DNA of 13,715 nt from IMG/VR virus record IMGVR_UViG_3300029094_000007, one strand, 5' to 3'. The translations under genes and the position numbers were made by a program. Positions 8,359 through 13,715 of the stretch are shown one piece after another (position 1 is the stretch's first letter; every line of letters starts with the position of its first letter). The notes below the pieces were generated by a model. It was not told where the DNA came from and did no database searches. It worked only from the letters and a program-made list of their open reading frames with translations. Origin of the DNA: a virus. Taxonomy: Duplodnaviria > Heunggongvirae > Uroviricota > Caudoviricetes.

Positions 8359-9424
8359 TCCTTAATCTGGCATCAACCACATTAATATTGATCGCCACAG
8401 GCTGGGGATGTTCATTATCCTCCACCGTTTCGATCTCTTTGCGCAGCTTCTGGTTTTCTATTCTGCGCCGTTCAATTTCCAGTTCCTGTAGCCGCTTATC
8501 TGCACATAATGCCCCGCCAGCAGAAAGCAAACGCAACAATTCACGCCGGGCGGCAGCCTTATCCTCCAGCAGGATCTCAACACCGTATTTTCCGAGCTTT
8601 GACCCTGCATATAATTGCCGCGCATCCCCATCAAGCAGTGTGGTATCAGCCATATAAAGCTGTCCCGTTCCCTCACCGCAGCACTTCGGGCAATCCGGAT
8701 TGGGTATGGCGTTATCAACAAAGCCGAGGCCTCCATATTCCGGCTCGGGTTTACCATCTCTGGAGGCCTGTGCCGCAGCCTTATCGAATTCTGCAATATC
8801 ACGCCACTGGTAGAGATGATTCTCGCCCCAGCAATAACGGCAGTTAACACGGCGAAATTGTGCCAACTGATTGGGGTCGGCCTGGACAATGGCCATCAAC
8901 TGGCTCACCAGTAAATCCAGGTCTGCGGTATAGCGTTTCTGGTACTGATTGCGGAAGTAGCTGATAGCACGATAAACCCTGGCATTTCTAAGCATACGAC
9001 TGGCGTTGCTGTTAGCTGTCGCACCTTGCCCCTCATAACCGGCTAGTCGGTACGCCTCTGTCGGCTTTTTACCCTGAGCAACAAGCATCGCAAACTTAGC
9101 CTGCTGGTCAGAAATGCCGAATTCATCGGGACAGAACGAAAATTCCTCCGCGTCGCCCTCATTCAGGCCCGCATCGAATACTGGCTTTTTTTCCTGAGAT
9201 TTTTCGTTCCGCTTTTGTGCAGTCTGCGCAGATTTTTTCTGCGCACTTTTTTGCGCAGTTTTGCGCATTTCTGTCTGCGCATTTTTCGGAGTTTTTTTGA
9301 TGTAACGACGGGCTGTTGCGTAATTCAGTCCCCTTGCTTCACACCATGCCACCGGAGATATACCGGAGCGGGTGTATTCAGCAATATACTCCTGCTGCAA
9401 CGCCCCCCAGTCCGGTCTGCTCAT
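8330..9424 (-). CDS. Candidate terminase small subunit / DNA-recognition protein, unusually long (364 aa)
   Basis: N-terminal helix-turn-helix-like segment (ISPVAWCEARGLNYATARRYI) as in many small terminases. Followed by a low-complexity AQK-rich linker, a Cys cluster (CRYC ... CPKCC) and a C-terminal charged coiled-coil-like segment. Immediately upstream of, and overlapping, the large terminase gene. Confidence 0.55.
   Translation of the reverse strand: MSRPDWGALQQEYIAEYTRSGISPVAWCEARGLNYATARRYIKKTPKNAQTEMRKTAQKSAQKKSAQTAQKRNEKSQEKKPVFDAGLNEGDAEEFSFCPDEFGISDQQAKFAMLVAQGKKPTEAYRLAGYEGQGATANSNASRMLRNARVYRAISYFRNQYQKRYTADLDLLVSQLMAIVQADPNQLAQFRRVNCRYCWGENHLYQWRDIAEFDKAAAQASRDGKPEPEYGGLGFVDNAIPNPDCPKCCGEGTGQLYMADTTLLDGDARQLYAGSKLGKYGVEILLEDKAAARRELLRLLSAGGALCADKRLQELEIERRRIENQKLRKEIETVEDNEHPQPVAININVVDARLRSDEDDLSDA
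9225..9281. repeat. Five copies of palindromic hexamer TGCGCA, each followed by a T-run, inside the small terminase gene
   Basis: TGCGCA at 9225, 9240, 9252, 9262 and 9276 on the plus strand, each followed by a run of T. On the coding strand this encodes the reiterated AQK peptide. Confidence 0.6.
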
Positions 9425-9427
9425 CAG

Positions 9428-9679
9428 TTAGTCCTGATTTTTATCCACCCTGAGTAGTTCGCGCAGAGCAAAGGCATCCCCTTTTCTGGCAAGCTTAAAC
9501 AATGCCGCTCGTAACTCGGCTTCACCTTTCGCTCTGCCCTTACGGATGGCCGCATAAAAATCTGTCATTGCTTCCCGATTTTCTTTCAGTCGGTTCAGAT
9601 CAACATCCAGAACGTCAGCGATTTGTTGTGCAGTCATCCGGCACGCTGCCAGAGACTCGACTTTCGAATACGGAATCAT
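9428..9679 (-). CDS. Small DNA-binding-like protein (83 aa), possibly terminase-associated
   Basis: Track ORF packed 3 nt from both neighbours. Helix-rich basic sequence (MTAQQIADVLDVDLNRLKE...RKGRAKGEAELRAALFKLARKGD). Function inferred only from position and composition. Confidence 0.4.
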   Translation of the reverse strand: MIPYSKVESLAACRMTAQQIADVLDVDLNRLKENREAMTDFYAAIRKGRAKGEAELRAALFKLARKGDAFALRELLRVDKNQD

Positions 9680-9682
9680 TTG

Positions 9683-10564
9683 TCACCCCATTGATATGCA
9701 GGGTGTCTTCTTCCTGTATTTTTCGTGAAGGATTTTTACTGCAGCGTTGTTCCAGGTGACCTGATGGTGAATGCGTTTATGGCTGGCACCCATCAGTGAG
9801 ATTTTTACGCACGACGGCGCATACATGACGGAGTAAAAACTTTTAACGTAGGTTCCGGAATCCAGATACAGCTCGGTCATTCCGCCGCTGTTTTTCTGCG
9901 TCTGTTTCTGCCCTAACTGGACAGCACCGATCGTCATAAACAATTCACCACAGCGACCGAGATTCGTGTACGTATTCACATCCTCGTTAATGCGCCCCAT
10001 GAATGAGAACGGTCGATCAACCGAACAGATAAAGCTGTTCATTGCCTTGCGTTTCACCCACGAAGCATGGCCGCCATTGTCACCAAGAAAATCCCCGCCC
10101 TGCGACATAGCGATGGAAAGCGCGGGTATTGATTCGTAATACGCCAGCATTTCAGAAAGGATCGCATCCAGTTTCCTTATCGGGAAATAGGCCTGGTCAT
10201 AGTTGCGATCCACCCGAAACTGGAACTCGTGATAATCATCATCGAGCTGAATGAAGTATTTACACCCGACCAGTTTTGCCAGGTCGAAACAGGCATTACG
10301 GGCGTAAAAAATTGAGCGGCGGTCACCAAAATTATCGGCTTCGTCAAAACGACTGGCGATATCGGCTTTGGAAAATACCAGCACCTGTTCACCAAATTCA
10401 GCCATGTACTGATGCCGTGTCTTATCTTCATCATCAACAACGATAAAAATTTTCCCGGTATAGCCAGCACGACGCAACGTCCGGTAAGTCAGAACTTTTT
10501 CCGGTCGTCCGTGAGTCAGAATAAAGGCGCAAAAATCATCACGCATATTCCTCCTCCCCGCCAT
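9683..10564 (-). CDS. Hypothetical protein, possibly GT-A-fold glycosyltransferase-like (293 aa; alternative start at 10546)
   Basis: Track ORF. The second in-frame ATG at 10546 is preceded by GGGAGGAGG and overlaps the ParB-like gene stop (ATGCGTGA). Pattern FCAFILTHGRPE ... IFIVVDDED ... FIQLDDDYHEF resembles the beta1-TxNR, DD and DxD elements of GT2-type enzymes. This is motif-level inference only. Confidence 0.55.
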   Translation of the reverse strand: MAGRRNMRDDFCAFILTHGRPEKVLTYRTLRRAGYTGKIFIVVDDEDKTRHQYMAEFGEQVLVFSKADIASRFDEADNFGDRRSIFYARNACFDLAKLVGCKYFIQLDDDYHEFQFRVDRNYDQAYFPIRKLDAILSEMLAYYESIPALSIAMSQGGDFLGDNGGHASWVKRKAMNSFICSVDRPFSFMGRINEDVNTYTNLGRCGELFMTIGAVQLGQKQTQKNSGGMTELYLDSGTYVKSFYSVMYAPSCVKISLMGASHKRIHHQVTWNNAAVKILHEKYRKKTPCISMG

Positions 10565-11327
10565 GCATGATCTCCACCATGCGCTGCGTCATTCGGACAA
10601 ATCCATTTTCAATAGCCTGCTGATAATCAATGATCACCAGCGCCGACTCCTCGAAAAGGCACTGAATTTCAGCGGGGGCATGAGCGTAATAGTCCGCAAT
10701 TCTGCTGAAATTAAACACCGTGTGACGTTCTGCCGCACACAGGAGGAATTTCTCAATATCAGGATCAAGGGACGCCGAACGTATCCGGCTGATCAGCTCC
10801 TGAGTTTTCGTATCGTCGTACAGTTCACTGATATCCGGTTTACCGCCCGACGGCTCATAAACAGGCGTATCAATTTTCGTCGTATACGGCTCCTCCTTAT
10901 TTCCTATACCGGGCAAAACATCCGTCAACAGTTCATCAATTTCTGTCGGGCCGAAGCCTGTCAGGGAGACATCAAAATCAGCATTGATTAGGACCGACAG
11001 CTCCATCCGCAACAGATCTTCATCCCAGCCAGCATTCATCGGTAGGCGATTATCTGCCAAGCGGTACGCCTTTTTCTGCTCATCCGTCAGGCCAGACAGA
11101 ACAATGACCGGAACAGAATCCATTTTGAGCATTTCAGCCGCCATAACACGACCGTGACCCGCAATAATTTCGCCCTTTTCGTCAATCAGCACCGGATTAG
11201 TCCAGCCGAATTGCTTAATACTTTCTACCAGTTGTGCCACCTGCTCAGTACTGTGCGTCCTGGCGTTGTGCGCATACGGTGACAATTCTTGTAATGGGCG
11301 ATAGACTATCTTTAATTTCTCGCTCAT
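10539..11327 (-). CDS. ParB-like nuclease domain (ParB/Srx N-terminal fold) protein (262 aa)
   Basis: N-terminal region PLQELSPYAHNARTHSTEQVAQLVESIKQFGWTNPVLID...IIAGHGRVMAA matches the ParB/sulfiredoxin-type signature (the G-H-R segment). C-terminal half is acidic. AAGG precedes the ATG. Confidence 0.7.
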   Translation of the reverse strand: MSEKLKIVYRPLQELSPYAHNARTHSTEQVAQLVESIKQFGWTNPVLIDEKGEIIAGHGRVMAAEMLKMDSVPVIVLSGLTDEQKKAYRLADNRLPMNAGWDEDLLRMELSVLINADFDVSLTGFGPTEIDELLTDVLPGIGNKEEPYTTKIDTPVYEPSGGKPDISELYDDTKTQELISRIRSASLDPDIEKFLLCAAERHTVFNFSRIADYYAHAPAEIQCLFEESALVIIDYQQAIENGFVRMTQRMVEIMHGGEEEYA

Positions 11328-11343
11328 ACAGCCTTGCTTTATG

Positions 11344-11379
11344 AATAAAACGCACCCCAGCAGCCAGTGCTACTGGGGG
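11344..11379 (-). terminator. Terminator-like hairpin downstream of trkG
   Basis: Minus-strand RNA: CCCCAGUAGC-ACUG-GCUGCUGGGG (about 10 bp including one G-U pair), then UGCGUUUUAUU. The U-run is 4 nt from the stem, so strength is uncertain. Confidence 0.4.
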
Positions 11380-11464
11380 CGGAGGTGTTGCTGGTAAAGT
11401 TAGGTATTGGATCAATGAGTGAGTCAATATAATATTAAACTCACAATTATAAATCAGCCATATA

Positions 11465-12922
11465 TTAGGAGCGCCAAAAAAAAACTGAAAACAATATAAT
11501 AACAGGATAAATTTCAAGGCGACCAAGAATCATAGCTATGCACATTAAATATTTTGCAATGTCATTAAGCACTCCGAATGACGATGCAGTAGCCCCAAAA
11601 CCTAATCCCATATTATTAATACATGCAGCCACTGTTGCAAATGATGTAAGAAAATCATATCCCATACCATTTAACACCAGTATAAAAAACACCGTGAAGA
11701 GAGTATAAAGAAAAAAGAAACTCCATACAGACCTCATTACACGATCTGTAACTATCTTCCCTCCTACATTTACACTCAACAACGCTCTGGGATGAGAAAG
11801 CTGATTTATCTCGTGTTTGCTTTGTTTGAAAAGTATAAGAAATCGAAGTGACTTAATTCCACCACAAGTTGAACCTATACATCCCCCAAAGAAACTTGAC
11901 AACAGCAAAAACACTATCGTGTGCGTGGGCCAGTTTGCATAATCTTGCGTAGCTAAACCATTATCAGTGAGCATGGAGCTGGCAAGAAAAAACGAATGAA
12001 TAAAACTTCCATGCAAGTCATACATACCTATATGCCAGACCTGGAAAGAGGTAACAATGACCACCACTAAGGCTATTAACAGAAAGAAACGAAGTTCAAT
12101 ATCTCTGATTAAAGGTTTTATCGTTTTTCTGCTAATAACAATATACCAAAGAGTAAAGTTGAAAGCCGATAGCAGGGAAAAAGCACCAGCCACCAGCTCA
12201 ACCAAATAGTTATTAAAATATCCGATACTCTCGCTATGAGTTGAGAAACCACCAAGCGAAACTGTGGAAATCCCGTGACAAATAGCATCAAACAAAGGCA
12301 TTCCTGCAAGTCTATAACAGACAATACAAGCAATACCTAATAAAGAATAAGTTATCCACAGTGTCCGTGACGTATCGGCCAGGCGGGGAGTGAGTTTGTC
12401 ATCCTTAAATGGCCCCGGCATTTCTGACTGATAAAGCTTTGCACCACCAATACCCAATAATGGCAATACTGCAACCGCCAGAACAATAACTCCTAAACCA
12501 CCTATAAAATTTAACTGTGACCGATAGTACAAATATGCCCGAGGTAATGAACTAACATCATCAATTACAGTTGCTCCTGTTGTTGTTATTCCAGAAACCC
12601 CTTCAAACAGAGCATCAATGAACGTTAAATTAAGTTCTGAGTCAATCCATAAAGGGAATGCACTAATAACAGAAAACAAAATCCAAAACATTACAATTAT
12701 AATAAACCCATCACGGGTACGTAATTGAATGCCAGATTTCTTAGTTGTATACCACGCTCCGCCACCAATGCAAAAAAATATAACGAAAGTTATAAAGAAA
12801 ACGAACAGGCTTTTTTCTTTATAAAACAATGCTACAACCATTGGTGGCAACATTGAAAGACTATAGAGCCAAACCAGGAACCCACACATATGAGTAACAA
12901 CTCTTACATGAGATGTATTCAT
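11465..12922 (-). CDS. trkG: Trk-system potassium uptake protein TrkG (485 aa)
   Basis: The translation (MNTSHVRVVTHMCGFLVWLYS ... ILFSVFFWRS) matches my recollection of E. coli TrkG essentially throughout. Multi-pass membrane protein. The track ORF begins at a TTG six codons upstream; the ATG at 12922 gives the expected length. The gene is visibly more AT-rich than its neighbours. Confidence 0.9.
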   Translation of the reverse strand: MNTSHVRVVTHMCGFLVWLYSLSMLPPMVVALFYKEKSLFVFFITFVIFFCIGGGAWYTTKKSGIQLRTRDGFIIIVMFWILFSVISAFPLWIDSELNLTFIDALFEGVSGITTTGATVIDDVSSLPRAYLYYRSQLNFIGGLGVIVLAVAVLPLLGIGGAKLYQSEMPGPFKDDKLTPRLADTSRTLWITYSLLGIACIVCYRLAGMPLFDAICHGISTVSLGGFSTHSESIGYFNNYLVELVAGAFSLLSAFNFTLWYIVISRKTIKPLIRDIELRFFLLIALVVVIVTSFQVWHIGMYDLHGSFIHSFFLASSMLTDNGLATQDYANWPTHTIVFLLLSSFFGGCIGSTCGGIKSLRFLILFKQSKHEINQLSHPRALLSVNVGGKIVTDRVMRSVWSFFFLYTLFTVFFILVLNGMGYDFLTSFATVAACINNMGLGFGATASSFGVLNDIAKYLMCIAMILGRLEIYPVIILFSVFFWRS

Positions 12923-12939
12923 ATCTAAATATTCTTTCA

Positions 12940-12973
12940 ATTATAACCACCTTGCTGCAATATTATGATTATA
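12940..12973 (-). promoter_or_regulatory. AT-rich putative trkG promoter region with two TATAAT hexamers
   Basis: On the minus strand, exact TATAAT hexamers lie at 12940-12945 and 12968-12973, just upstream of the trkG ATG. No convincing -35 element found, so this is tentative. Confidence 0.3.
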
Positions 12974-13059
12974 CTGTATAAAATTTAACTCCTCTTAGAT
13001 CTTACTTCACTGTTCCTTATGAAACAATCATCAAAATGAATCATATTGTAGTTAAGATT

Positions 13060-13521
13060 TTACTTTAAACACTGTTCGGTTATGTATTGCTGAGCACCTT
13101 CAAGTTGGGCCTGCATCATTACCAGTCGTTCCCGGAGGGTGAAATAATCCCGTTCAGCGGTGTCTGCCAGTCTGGGGGAGACTGCATTATCCACGCTGGA
13201 GGTGGCGGTGGCTTCACGCACTGACTGACAGACTGCTTTGATGCGCAACCGACGACGACCAGCGGCAACATCATCACGCAGAGCATCATTTTCAGCTTTC
13301 GCATCAGCTAACTCCTTCAGGTATTTTGCATCGAGTGCAGCAACATCACGCTGGCGTATCTGCATGTCAGTAATGATTGCGGTCGCCTGGTTGAGTTTTT
13401 CCGTCACATTATCGCGTTGCGCTTTGTAGGTAATGGCATTATCACGGTAATGATTAACAGCCCATGACAGGCAGACGATGATGCAGATAACCAGAGCATA
13501 AATAATCACGGCAACTCTGCT

Positions 13522-13524
<3 letters not shown>
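13060..13524 (-). CDS. Rz: Spanin inner-membrane subunit Rz (i-spanin), 154 aa from GTG at 13524
   Basis: Translation is near-identical to lambda-family Rz as I recall it (...[27 protein letters not shown]...[31 protein letters not shown]...[19 protein letters not shown]...). The track starts at a TTG at 13539; the GTG at 13524 corresponds to the lambda MSRV start and follows GGGGGA. Confidence 0.9.
13119..13304 (-). CDS. Rz1: Spanin outer-membrane lipoprotein subunit Rz1 (o-spanin), 61 aa, embedded in Rz in another frame
   Basis: [20 protein letters not shown]... carries a lipobox (VVGC) and a proline-rich segment (PPPPPAW), matching lambda Rz1 closely. Lies entirely inside Rz in a different frame. 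Confidence 0.9.
   Translation of the reverse strand: MRKLKMMLCVMMLPLVVVGCASKQSVSQCVKPPPPPAWIMQSPPDWQTPLNGIISPSGNDW

Positions 13525-13715
<191 letters not shown>

Noticed and set aside
8388-9457. Multiple plus- and minus-strand ORFs of 80 to 143 aa over the small terminase gene
   Set aside because: Alternative frames of a repeat-rich, compositionally biased region. The 364-aa frame is the only one with operon-consistent start and stop coupling.
9502-9759. Plus-strand 85-aa ORF antisense to the 83-aa gene and the GT-like gene end
   Set aside because: Spans a gene junction on the wrong strand, with no supporting signals.
10177-10991. Minus-strand 97-aa and plus-strand 142-aa ORFs over the GT-like and ParB-like genes
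   Set aside because: Nested alternative or antisense frames; the ParB-like frame carries a recognisable domain signature.
11245-11526. Minus-strand 93-aa ORF spanning the trkG 3' end, the intergenic hairpin and the ParB-like gene start
   Set aside because: Crosses a terminator-like hairpin and two real gene boundaries. Low-complexity translation (FFFG, PPPP) typical of an out-of-frame read.
12118-12333. Minus-strand 71-aa ORF inside trkG
   Set aside because: Alternative frame within a confidently identified membrane transporter gene.
13238-13429. Plus-strand 63-aa ORF antisense to Rz/Rz1
   Set aside because: Antisense to two well-supported overlapping genes; Arg/Ser-rich artefact.

Overview
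The window reads as the late region of a lambdoid, Rac-family prophage from an Escherichia-type enterobacterium, with every supportable gene on the minus strand. In transcription order (high to low coordinates) it contains: the 3' end of an upstream gene whose frame carries an in-frame stop; an intact Rz/Rz1 spanin pair with Rz1 embedded out of frame in Rz; a visibly AT-rich cargo gene encoding the K+ uptake protein TrkG; a ParB-like nuclease-domain protein coupled to a possible GT-A-like protein; a small DNA-binding-like ORF; a long candidate small terminase with an embedded TGCGCA/T-tract repeat array; large terminase; portal; Mu-F/SPP1-gp7-like head morphogenesis protein; scaffold; major capsid; a 58-aa ORF absent from the supplied track; four head-tail joining proteins; and the 5' part of a tail tube gene running off the window start. 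Three intrinsic-terminator-like hairpins sit at operon junctions. I found no rRNA, tRNA, CRISPR array, integrase or transposase. All homology statements are from recall and motif inspection only; no searches were run. The most interesting candidates are the ParB-like/GT-A-like pair in the moron slot before the terminase, the repeat array inside the small terminase gene (possible pac site), and the apparently interrupted gene upstream of Rz.
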